A program made the translations under genes and the position numbers. This document shows, in pieces, positions 53,055 to 64,000 of a DNA stretch of 64,000 nucleotides. The notes below the pieces were generated by a model. That model did no database searches. It worked only from the letters and a program-made list of their open reading frames with translations, and was not told the DNA's origin. This stretch comes from Parasitella parasitica NRRL 2501 (taxonomy: Eukaryota; Fungi; Mucoromycota). The stretch lies in contig MU619333.1 in the NCBI GenBank assembly GCA_025201805.1, positions 41,161-105,160 on the forward strand, given 5' to 3'. How positions within the stretch are numbered: position 1 is the stretch's first letter; each line of letters opens with the position of its first letter.

Positions 53055-54113
53055 TAATGGCGGTGGCTGATGTAATGCGTTACCGAACTCTATGCCAAAC
53101 TCGAAATTGAAGCCGGATCTTGCGTTTGTTGAAGTTGATGAGCTATGGTAGGAGGGTAGCCATAGATTGGCAGTGTTGTTATGTTGCAATTGTTGTTGCT
53201 GGAAGTGATTATTGTGATGATGGTGGCTGTGAAAGCCCAGCATGCCATTGTTGCCATTGGTGGTGTCACTATTGTTGTGGTCGATGAATGGAGACATACT
53301 GATGGATGTTGCAGCATTGTTTGTTGTGAAGACAGTTGCACCGCTGTTCAAGTTGGGCAACTCCAAGGGCATCATTTGTCGTTTTGACTGGTGTGGTATC
53401 AACTCGATAGAGTCTATATGGGTGCTGCTATTTTGTCGGTTGCGTTTGAGGTGAGAACGTCTAGGGGTAGAGTTCGAGTTGCTAATGGCTCTTTTTCTAG
53501 TTGTATTGACATTGGTAAGAACCAAATCGTGCGTAGTGGATGAATTCGAGGAGCAAGACATAGCAAGATGGTCATCATCTGTTACGGTAGCCGAGGAAGA
53601 CGAAGACGAGGATTTTCGCTGTTGATTTGCGGCAGCTGATGATTTAGGGCCTCTCCTTACAGTACCCACCACAGAAGGGACCAGGCTAAGATGGCGATGT
53701 GTCGGAATGGAGGTAATAATAGGTAAATCTTCGCCTTGTCTAAGAGGGGGAAATGCATCAATGATACCTTGGTCATCGAGCAAAGAGCGAACGTAATGTG
53801 ACATGGACTGCTGGACATGGCTTTCCATCGTTTGAGGCTCATAGACCAGATCTGCACGCATCAAACCCACCATATCAATGTTCTTGCTGTTGCAATCTAC
53901 ATCATTTGGGATGATATCAATAAATAAGCCTGCTGCCAGTTGATAGCGACAGGGCTCTCCTTTTTCAAATATTCGTAACAAATCTTGTGTGGTTTTTGCA
54001 TTGAGATTTATCCAATTTCCATGACCAGCATATAACCGGTAACAACTCTTGTTTGAAAATGATGTTGCAGCTGTATTGCCATAAGATGTATTGTATGATT
54101 TGGAGGAGGACAT
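52380..54113 (-). CDS. Single-exon Q/H/S/N-rich protein with a small N-terminal folded (WWE-like) domain
   Basis: Uninterrupted ORF of about 577 aa in AT-rich DNA, polyQ tract, TATAAAAA at about 54202-54209 on the minus strand. Confidence 0.8.
52988..53054 (-). repeat. CAG/CAA trinucleotide repeat encoding polyQ
   Basis: Mixed TGC/TGT triplets on the + strand. Confidence 0.95.
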
Positions 54114-56530
54114 TGACAACCTTTGGCTTTTTGAATTAAAAGAAAAAAAGAGAACAAGATTGTATATCTATGCAGAGAAGAAAAAGTGAAAGAAGCCTCT
54201 CTTTTTATACCCTAAATTTAGGGGAAAAAAAGTCGCCAATGCAGGTGCGTGTGTGGTGTATGGTGTGTGCGTGTGTGCGTGTGTGTGTGTGTTTGATTTA
54301 TTCATTTTAGTTCTGAAACTGTAGACAAGGGTTATTGTTTGTTCATGTCAGTGAAATATCGTTGTCGCTGATGACCGTGCAGCTATGATTTAAAGGGGTG
54401 AGAATCTACTAGAGTGTTCCGAGACGATAAAGACAAGTTGGAAACAACCATTCAATTATCTACGCTGTTATTGTATTTTCACATGAAGGATGGAGATTCT
54501 ATTTTGATTGACAACATTTGATATCTTTTTTTAATTTGGCTACTGACATGTCAGCCTGTATACATGTGTATCTAATATAAACAATAGGCCTTTATGGCTC
54601 TATATTGCATGCAGATAATTGCTCAAAGATCCATTGAGTGGGTTTCCGCTTGAGGAAATCAGGATAATCATCTATTGATACGAGGTTTCCAAGCAGGCAT
54701 TGTTTTGTGGAATTGCACGGTATCTGAACACAATCAGACATTGAAGCAGTTCTTTCAGCCTTTGCATATATTAATTGAATTATTACCATAATTTAAGGAG
54801 GAAAAGAGCATGATCAAGCTATTGTTGTACACCCGTTTATTCATAAATTTTGGAAAAAAAAAAAAAAAAAGAAACAAATGTCGCAAGAAGATAACTCTAG
54901 TAGCTCCCAAACACTGAAAGGATTCGATTATACAGTAATCAATGACTGATCAATCTAAGGAAAATGTAATTATACGAGGCAATAGGATTGAATGTCACTT
55001 ATCAGATAGTGTCAGAGCAAACTCTGTATCATTATGGTCTGGACCATTGTAATATGCCGTTATGCAATGAAAAAGCACTCTTACTTCATAAGTTTGGTAA
55101 ACGAATAAGAAAGATATTTTATAGCCCATGGAATAAAGCAGTGGAAGAGGCGTGTCATTTGCCATATGAAATTGTATATACAGGATAATAATTTGTTGCT
55201 GCATCATAAAAGATTATTTTTCACAAGAAATTTGAGCACATCATTGTGGATGCCACCATGTAATGCAAGTTAAAATTATGTGAGCAGCCACCTTGCACTT
55301 TTACCTGAAAGATAAATATTTCACTAAAACATAATGTACTCTAAAACAAAAATGTACTCTAAAACAGGTGTTCCAAATATAACTTATAGTACTCAAAAGT
55401 CTTAGTGGAAGTTGGTAATGTAATTATAGTCTGGAGCATTAGATTATATCTGTAAATTCTTGATTCGTCTCTTCCACATGATATTATGATTGAGAAACTG
55501 AATTAAATTCTGAAAGCTCCTCATTGCAAACGAGGCGGTATAAAAAGTATCGTCGATGATAAACTTCAACGATTATCTCGTGTCTGTAGAAGTTTCCTAT
55601 GGCTGTTGCTCGCGAGGTGTTAATTTTGATTGTCAAAGATTTGAGCAGTTGGGTGTTTCTATTCCTGATTTCTGCTTTTTGAAATGAATATTTGTAAATG
55701 ACAATATTGAAGAAGACTGCAGCATTATCCGCATTAAAAACTCAGTTTGACATAAAAGGCAGCAGAAACGTTTTCATCGCATAAAGGGACCTAAATACAA
55801 AAGGATTCTTGACTTAAGATATATAAAAAGAAGCACTTTATTTAACGGATAATTCCCCAACAAGAATAAACTCAAGTCGAAACTCGATAGAAGGAGAGAT
55901 TAGAATAAATAACATGGCATCTCAAAATAAAAATATTAAATTGACATGTCAAGTCGTTAAAACGAGCAGTTTAAAACGACTTGTATATTTTTGTAACACT
56001 ATTTCGTCCATGGATATTCGTATACATTGGATGCGCATTCAAAGGCTTTTATCAAAGAATAAGCTGAATGTCATGTTTATGCCAACTAATTTATATAGTT
56101 AAAAATAGACGTTCCCATTATCGATGTGCTTATCATATATATTATATATATATATATAATATACATATACGTTGCTGCATTCAGTTGATGATGTTACCTT
56201 CTCTTTTGGAGAGGAGTCTTTCTAAAGGGGTGGGATTGCAGTACAAAGAAATCAATGAGATGTCCTTGTACCACTATGTGGCAGCAAGACCATAAACTGT
56301 ACAGACTCTCGTGCTGTATCGATACACGTTGTTTTGAAAATCAAAGCCCCTAGCACCTTGCTCTCTGATTTTTGCATTATATTTGAGGGCACCCATCCAT
56401 ATCTGACCCCTTGAAATGCTTAGTTGGGGAAAGTTGCACTAATTTTGCCTAGTCTAGTTGATGCAAATAAAAAGGCAAAGCAAGCTTGTTTTTCTTTTTT
56501 GTTTTCTTGGCTTTTCTCTCAACATTTAAA

Positions 56531-58040
56531 ATGGTAAGTTGAATTGCGCCTGGACAAAGAGACGAAATGCCAATACAATTACATTATACAGGATGAACAT
56601 TACGACATCATTATTCTCGGTACTGGTTTAACAGAATGCATTCTTTCTGGTATTTTTTCCGCTGAAGGCAAAAAGGTACTTCACATTGACAGAAACGAAT
56701 ATTACGGTGGTGAATCTGCCTCTCTGGACTTGCTTCAACTTTACAAGAAACGTGGAACCGAGATTTCGGAGGTTCCTGCTGACTTGGGTCAGAACCGCGA
56801 CTACAAAATCGACTTGATTCCCAAGTTTATGATGGCTGGTGGTGAGATTGTTCGCTTCTTGACCGACACTAACGTTACCCGTTATCTTGAAATTCGACAA
56901 ATCTCAGGCTCTTACGTTTATAAGGAAGGCGCAATTTTGAAACTGCCTGCTGACAAAATGGAGGCCTTGTCTACTCCTTTATTGGGTGTCAACGAGAAGT
57001 TCAGATTGCAAAAGTTCCTTGAATTTGTTCAGAACTGGAAAGACGACGACGAGTCCAGTCATCAAGACTTGGATATTGATAGCCAAACTATGCTCGAGGT
57101 ATATGACAAGTTTGAGCTTGAGGCTGGAACCAGAATCATTATAGGTAAGGATGAAGAGCGATACAAGATATTCAACGTGGCATTAAACTGGACATACCAG
57201 GTCATGGCCTTGCACTTCACTTGGACGATCAATACCTCGCCAAGCCTGCTCGTGAGACCATTGAGAATATTACACTCTATTTTGCTTCCTTGGGTCGTTT
57301 CGGTAAAAGCCCTTACATTTACCCCCTCTACGGTTTAGGTGATCTCCCTCAATCCTTTGCTAGGTAAGCTTAAGCATAAAAAAAGCAAGCTTTCATCGTC
57401 CTAATGCTCTCCTGAAAATGATTCTAGATTTGGCGCTCTACATGGTGGTACGTACATGCTCAACAAATCAGTCGATGAGATTCTTTACGATGACGGTGTT
57501 GCTGTGGGCGTTCGCTCTGGCAAGGAAACAGCCAAGGCCACGCAGATCATATGTGATCCTTCTTATGCCAAGGACAAAATCAAGCCGGTTGGAAAAGTAG
57601 TTCGTGCCATTTGCATCCTGGAGAAGCCTATTCCAGACACAAATGAAGCTGATTCAGTGCAGATTGTCATTCCTCAAAACGAATTGAGCCGCAAGCACGA
57701 CATCTACATTGCCAGCGTCTCTGGTAGTCATTCTGTTTGCCCCGAGGGTAAGTATCTGGCTATTGTTTCCACTATTGTCGAGACTACAGATCCCGAGAGT
57801 GAGATTGAGGCTGGTTTGAATATGCTGGGCACTATCCGTGAAAAATTCGTTTTTGTCTCGGAACTTGAAGAACCTAGCGCCGATGGTGTGAAGGACAACG
57901 TCTACATATCCAAGTCCTATGATGCCACCTCTCATTTCGAAACTGTCTGCGAAGATGTCAAGAGCATTTACAAACGTATGACTGGAAAGGAACTCAACCT
58001 TGGCGCTTTGAATCTTAAAAAGGCTGAAAAAGACAATTAA
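56531..58040 (+). CDS. GDI1: Rab GDP-dissociation inhibitor, divergent paralog-like; 4 exons
   Basis: [17 protein letters not shown]...[44 protein letters not shown]. Confidence 0.93.
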
Positions 58041-58198
58041 TCAATTACATTAACATTTCACAATAAAATTCTAATCTCCCAATATTTATACTGCACATCC
58101 AGCTTTTTTTTTTTTTTTTGAATAGTATGACAGTTTTTATTAGGACCCCTTGCAACATTATTGAATTTTGATTTCCTTTGCTTTTTATTTTCTACACC

Positions 58199-58896
58199 AT
58201 GCTCTCACAGGTTCGTAGGTTTTCATCACTTTCACGAGTCATCCAGGCCCCTTCTCCCAGTACAAAGCTAGCATTTACTGCTTCTCCACAATTAGCAACA
58301 TCTTCGCCCGAGACTCAAGCTAAAAGTAATTTTGATTGACAAGCAATGTCCATATTATACTCATCAATTGATATAGGCCTCGAAAAGGCTACACTTGAAT
58401 TGCTCAGCGATACTGTCCAAAGTGAGTCAAACCCTGAATGAAAATAAACCAAAAACTAATAATGAAATGTCAGAGGATAAAGCCAGACCCATCTCTGATG
58501 CCATTCAACGCTACCAAAAGATCCACCACGAAGGCGATCTTTACCACCCTGAAGATTTAAACGATACACGCTATAGAGAGTCTTTACGTCAACGTCGTGG
58601 AAAATTTACGCCTCCAACTGAAGATCCGTTTGAAGTTTTGGGCTTAGATCCTCTTCATGAATACAAAAATTTTAGACTTTTGACACATTTCGTTTCGGAT
58701 ATGGGAAAGATCTTGCCTCGTGAACAGACCGGCGTGAGTGCAAAGAACCAACGTAAATTGGCAAAGGCAATCAAGCGTGCAAGAGCCATGGGTAAGCTTG
58801 TGATTTATGTTAGGAACACACAAATCAGTGTCTAACGTGTTGATCAACATAGGGTTAATGTCAAGTACCAGCAAGCAATACGACTTTAGAGTTTAA
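58199..58896 (+). CDS. RSM18: Mitochondrial ribosomal protein S18 (bS18m), 3 exons
   Basis: Presequence-like N-terminus and [46 protein letters not shown]. Confidence 0.93.
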
Positions 58897-59371
58897 CATA
58901 TTATAAAAACATTACTTTTTACTTTTCTGCCTACATTTATACATGAATATAAATATATGTATATAAATAGCATGGTATAGAATTTTGAATTTCACTTTAG
59001 GAATTGTTGAGAAATTGAATGGGAATGGCTTTTCGAGAGTATGCAGAGGTGACCTACTTCTAGTATGCTCTCAAAGTTACTGGAAGGCAATTTGAGCATA
59101 GTATTATGTATTTCATGCTTTTCAATGAAGCGTTTATGTATCAAAATGCCTACATTTTGCTTCACATTAGTTGAGAAAAAAAAATTGTATTGATTTTATC
59201 ATGTGTCTTTTGACATTATTTCCAAGAAGTAACGTTTTTATGCACTCTGCTGAAAAGCACAGCCCTGTTCTGTTATGCTACGAGCGTTGGCTCCGGCAGC
59301 ATAAAGTCACACATTATTCACTTTTCTTCGTCTCTTTTTCCATACATCTGCTTTATTTTCATAAAATACAA

Positions 59372-60682
59372 ATGAAGAAAAAGGAAAAGGTATGTCAAGG
59401 CCAAAGGCTGCAGTATTCACTTATTAAGCATTTCTTATAAAGGTGTTACTGATGGGAAAGAGTGGGTCAGGAAAGACCTCTATGCGTTCCATCATTTTCA
59501 GTAATTATATAGCTCGAGATACCAGAAGACTCGGAGCCACAAGTACGTTTGTATTTCGCCATGTAGTGTTGCTTCTAATGTGGCCATGAATAGTTGATGT
59601 CGAGCACTCCAATGTTAAATTCTTGGGCAACTTGGTTCTCAATTTATGGGATTGTGGAGGGTATATACAAAAATCCACAGATTATGGCAGAAGGGGTCTT
59701 CATTAAACACTCTGTACGTTTATACATTTAGCCAAGAAGCATTCATGGAAAATTATTTTGCATCACAAAGAGACCGAATTTTCAAAAATGTCGAAGTTCT
59801 TATCTATGTTTTTGATGTAGAGAGCAGAGACTGGGAAAAAGATTTGCATTATTATCAATCATGTTTGGAAGCCATCCTCGCCAACTCCAAAGAAGCTCGT
59901 ATTTTTTGCTTGATACATAAAATGGATCTTGTACCCGAACATCAAAGAGATCAGGTAATGGCTTATTCAATAGGTGAGTTTGTGCATGTTTATTTATTAT
60001 ATCGTCGTCCTAGATATTCGAACAGCGTGTTACCGAGCTTCAGAAACGCTCTGAGCCACTGAACATCCAAGCCTTTCGAACATCGATTTGGGACGAAACC
60101 TTGTATGCAGTATGTACATGTTTATTGCTTGTTATTAGGCACTTGATTGACAATGATGATTTTCAACAGGCTTGGTCCAAAATCGTGCATTGTTTGATCC
60201 CAAACATCCGTGTACTGGAATCGCATTTAGACCACTTTTGTCGTATTTGTGATGCAGATGAAGTTGTTTTATTTGAAAGGACTACGTTCCTAGTGATTGC
60301 AACAGCAGCAACTATTCCACATCAAGATCATCATCGATTCGAAAAAATTAGTAATATTATAAAGCAGTTTAACTTGGGTTGCAGGTAAGTTTACTTGGAT
60401 TTGCAATTCGGATGCCGGCTTATTTGTTGTGTTAGTCGATCGCAAACAAGATTCAAAAGCATGGAAATTAGAGGAAGTAGCTTTACTGCCTTTATTGACG
60501 TTTTAACAAATAATACCTATGCCATGATTGTCATGTCAGATCCTAATATACGTAAGTGTCATGTTGCTGGTTTAGCACGCACCTAAAAATTGGGCTAATT
60601 GCATAATATAGAATCTGCTGCGACATTACTCAACATTGCAGCTGCCAAAAAGCACTTTGAAAAACTGGAAGCTTCGAGATAA
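59372..60682 (+). CDS. GTR1: Rag GTPase RagA/B
   Basis: [58 protein letters not shown]. Confidence 0.96.
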
Positions 60683-60869
60683 CGAAATTGCTAATGATCA
60701 TAATAAAAATTTGAAGATTACACCACATAATACCGTATACCGCATTGTATACATGCTTGATAAGATGACGTCGGGTACGATTGGGTGCTCCTGATTGAAC
60801 AACACAGCACCATACTCGCGTTTTTTTTTTCTTTTCGTGCGGTTCTCATTTGTTATTTACATTGATTCA

Positions 60870-61769
60870 ATGGTTCATCAACAGTTTATACGTCAATTGA
60901 CTCCTTATTTTAAACTATGCAGACATATTCGAACCCATTCATCCATCAACAATGACCCTGAAATATCTAGCAAAACCATTAAAACACTTGAGCAGGCAGT
61001 AAAAGGCACAACTAACCAGGACATCGTCGAGGAATCGAAAACTTTGATACAGCATCACTTTGACACACTTCGGACGGTGCGAGAATTGGAGAGTCAGGGG
61101 TTAAGTAAACCACAGGCGACGGTTATTATGAAGGGAATCAAGTACAAGCTTGGCGAGAGCCTGGCAGAATTATACCAGAAACTACTACTGAAATCAGACC
61201 TTGACAACGAGTCTTACCTGTTCCAGGCTGCTGTGTCTGAGCTGCGAACAGAGATCCAAGTCATGAGACAAAAGGACACACAGCAACTGAAATCAGAAAC
61301 ATTTTTAATTACAAGGGAGGTCGAAACATTAGCGCAGAAGATGAAGGAAGACATTGACTCGATGAAAAATGAAATCACATTGGACATGGAAAATAGAAAG
61401 AATGAAACGAAAAGCGATCAAAAGGAAATCGATATGACGATCCAGGAATTAAATAGCAAATTCACAGTCAAGTTGGGAGAAGTCAAGATAGGTTTGGAGT
61501 CGACTCGTTGGGAAACAATATGGAAGGGATTAGGTACAGTGTAGAAGCTTCTATTGACGTCGCTTTATTGTTAATCCAACTTTTTTTTTTTTCTTGAAAA
61601 AGCGGGGGTCGCAGGAACCAGTATAACCATAGCCACATTTGCCTACTTTTTGACAAATTATGCTGAAAAAAGAGCTGAAGATCAACGGATTCAGAAGCAA
61701 AAGAAGAAGAAGAAAATGCAGGAGGATGCTCGAAGTGCCGGTTTAGTTGACATGGAAGCTGTTTATTAA
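60870..61769 (+). CDS. DUF1640/CCDC90-MCUR1 family mitochondrial coiled-coil protein (Fmp32/Put6-Put7-like), 2 exons
   Basis: HHFDTLRTVRELESQGLSKPQA, YLFQAAVSELRTE, coiled coil, then ESTRWE and a TM segment after the intron at 61534-61602. Confidence 0.88.
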
Positions 61770-61907
61770 AGAAAAAAATAGTGCCCTTTTTTTATTTTCT
61801 TGCATGATTTTGAAAAAAGAAAAAAAAACAATAAAAAGTTACCAAATTATAATTTTTCCTTCCTTCCCTTTCTTTCTTTACTCACCTTTAATACTTATTA
61901 ACATTCA

Positions 61908-62850
61908 ATGAATCTAAATCAACTGCAAAAGCGCAGAAAATCGTATCCTCCTCAAACAGATGCTACAGCTACCAGCAATACTCCAGCAGCACGCAAAGTG
62001 TCATTATCAGCAAACAACATATCAGCCATCGAGATCGACTCCAATGTTCAACCTTTAACAGAAGAGAACTTGGCCATCCATACAAGAACAGTGTGTAGTA
62101 ACATTTTATACTTGCGCATTCAATGTATACTAACATAAAAGCCAAAAGCTTCTAGCCTCCAAAGATGCCCGACGCCGCAATTGTCAAATATTTGTAGAAA
62201 GCCAAATACCCGTTATTGCTTTAGAGATGAAGTTGCGACAGCAACGTGAAATTGAAATTTCCAAGTTGGAGGCACAAGAACATGACAATATTCACTTTGT
62301 TAATCCATTTCATGATCCAAACGAACCTTGCAAAGGGATGAGATCGCACAGATCCAAATGGTTTAACAAATTAAAGCAGTTGATTCGTTTTGATAGTCGT
62401 ACGGCACAGAGTAAAACACGCCACCTTTCTTGGTCAGCAGGCACTGAAAAGGAAGATCACAAGATGGTGAATAACACAACTTGTCAGAAGCGGGACTCTG
62501 GGATATCAATCTTTAGTAGTAATCATAGTAAACGACGTCTATCTGCTATTCCGATTTCAAGACAACCAAAATTTTCTCCATCGAACGATACGAGAAACAT
62601 CGATTTGATTACCTATCAATATCCCAAAATGCGTAGAAAAAGTAGCATGGTCCAGGGTGTATCTGTAGCTACTCCTGATGCCACTGACCAAAATAATCAT
62701 GCATTGGAGAAATTCAAGTCATCAACAACATCTGCTGTTCTTGTAGCCGCAACCACCACTTTTACTTCTGCCCTCGCTACACCGAGTTCGCATTGTCCTG
62801 ACCGACAAAGCCTACTCAAATCGCAGCATCAACATGTTGCGCTTGTTTGA
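61908..62850 (+). CDS. Hypothetical protein; exons 61908-62090 and 62149-62850
   Basis: In-frame splice with a CTAAC branch site. No recognised domain. Confidence 0.7.
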
Positions 62851-62931
62851 GTCATTCTAGGTATACGCTATTTCCCGCTTTTGCTAATAATTAATATAAG
62901 CATGCCAAACCAACATTTTGTAATATAACTA

Positions 62932-64000
62932 CGAGCTTTTATACACCCCCCCGAACTACGGTGAAATTAATTGACCTTCGCTTCGCTACGATAGTATTTT
63001 TCGACCTTCGTTTTCATTGGGAGGCGCACAGCTCGCGCCTGGAGCGGGCTGTCCCACTTAACACAATGCTAAACCAAACGAAATAAAAAACATTGAGTGG
63101 AAGTAACATTTATGTATTGTACGGTATAAAGATTTGATATACTATGATTGTTTCGTATTTTTTGTTTAAATCCTCGAGTCAAGTTGGTTAATTTTGAAAA
63201 ATCTCAGTATAGACAACGTTTGATGTATATACTCCTTCTTGGCTTGGGGTTGGTGATGATTGAGAAGCAACCAAAATTTTGATGTCATCTGGCCTTTTAA
63301 ATCGAGATAGGGCGACGTATAATTGACCATGCGAGAAAACTGGGACAGGAAGATACAGCCCTGCAGAGTCCAGAGTTTGACGTTGCAATTTATTTATTGT
63401 CATGGCAAAAGCTGGTCTGACAGGGAACTGACAACGCTTGAATTCTACGCCGACTTGCTCAACTATCGAGCTCAATGTAACTCTGGGTATGAGCACAACA
63501 TTGCCTTGATAAGGTCTAGTCGCAACTCCAGCCTGGATAGTGTTCCTTGTGAATGCTCGACAAATAAGCCTTGTACCATTATAAACACCAAGAGCAGAAT
63601 CGATGTTTCTGAGCATCATGATTGGCGAGCCAATTTTCAACTTTAGCTACCACAGCTGAGAGAATTCATGAATTTTCTGATGGCAGCTCTAAAGCATTGG
63701 TCAGTGTCAGGATGGCCTTCGGCATTAAGTTGTCGCGGGTGATATCAGCAGTGAGCGCAAAGTTGTTGTAGACATGTTGACAAAGGACAGAAATATCACT
63801 GCCAGGAAGAAGCATATATTCCTTGGGCTAAATAGGGAAGGAGCCATTGCCAATAGCAAGCAAGAAGTCAGCAAATTTTTGTAATGAGACGGCCAATGCA
63901 GCGTTATGTAATGACATGGCTTGTTGAACTCTCATGTTTGTTGTTAAGCTGGGTACTTGTACATGCGGCCAAAAGTTGGAGGTCAGAATGCATGCTTGAA
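62932..64000 (-). mobile_element. Helitron 3' portion with a degenerate PIF1-type helicase
   Basis: PIMMLRN...NGTRL, RCQFPVRPAFAMTINK, VFSHGQLYVALSR, SNVVYTEI. The upstream frame FWPHVQ...LTTNMRV...FADFLLAIGNG contains stops. There are GC-rich hairpins and a candidate CTCG|T terminus at 62932. Confidence 0.88.

Noticed and set aside
55333-55366. AATGTACTCTAAAACA present twice
   Set aside because: A simple local duplication with no further structure.

Overview
AT-rich, intron-rich fungal genomic DNA, almost certainly Mucorales. This rests on a CotH gene, short 50-70 nt GT-AG introns, and Tc1/IS630-type and Helitron relics of the Mucorales kind. About 19 spliced or single-exon genes were reconstructed by hand: chitin deacetylase (CE4) with three Cys-rich C-terminal repeats, a PHD-like protein, OST3/6, a C9orf85-like protein, RSA3-like, OPY2-like, SPX-RING E3 ligase, RPS8, RPL11, APC11, CotH, a small PP1-docking-like protein, CLC antiporter, a STIMATE-like membrane protein, REV1, a polyQ protein with a possible WWE domain, a divergent Rab GDI, mitochondrial S18, GTR1/RagA, DUF1640 and hypotheticals. 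There is also one tRNA-Leu(CAA). Accessory DNA includes a 25-bp repeat array at the left edge, a decayed DDE transposase truncated next to a 133-bp direct repeat and a pseudogenised restriction-endonuclease-fold-like gene (41.8-45.2 kb), and a Helitron 3' end at the right edge. No single unmistakable novel system is proven. The best leads are the nested nuclease-like cassette, the CE4 six-Cys repeats, the spinophilin-like microprotein, a CaaX box on the SPX-RING ligase, a possible poison splice site in RPL11, and the GDI with an altered Rab-binding motif. All family assignments come from motif recognition, not database searches.
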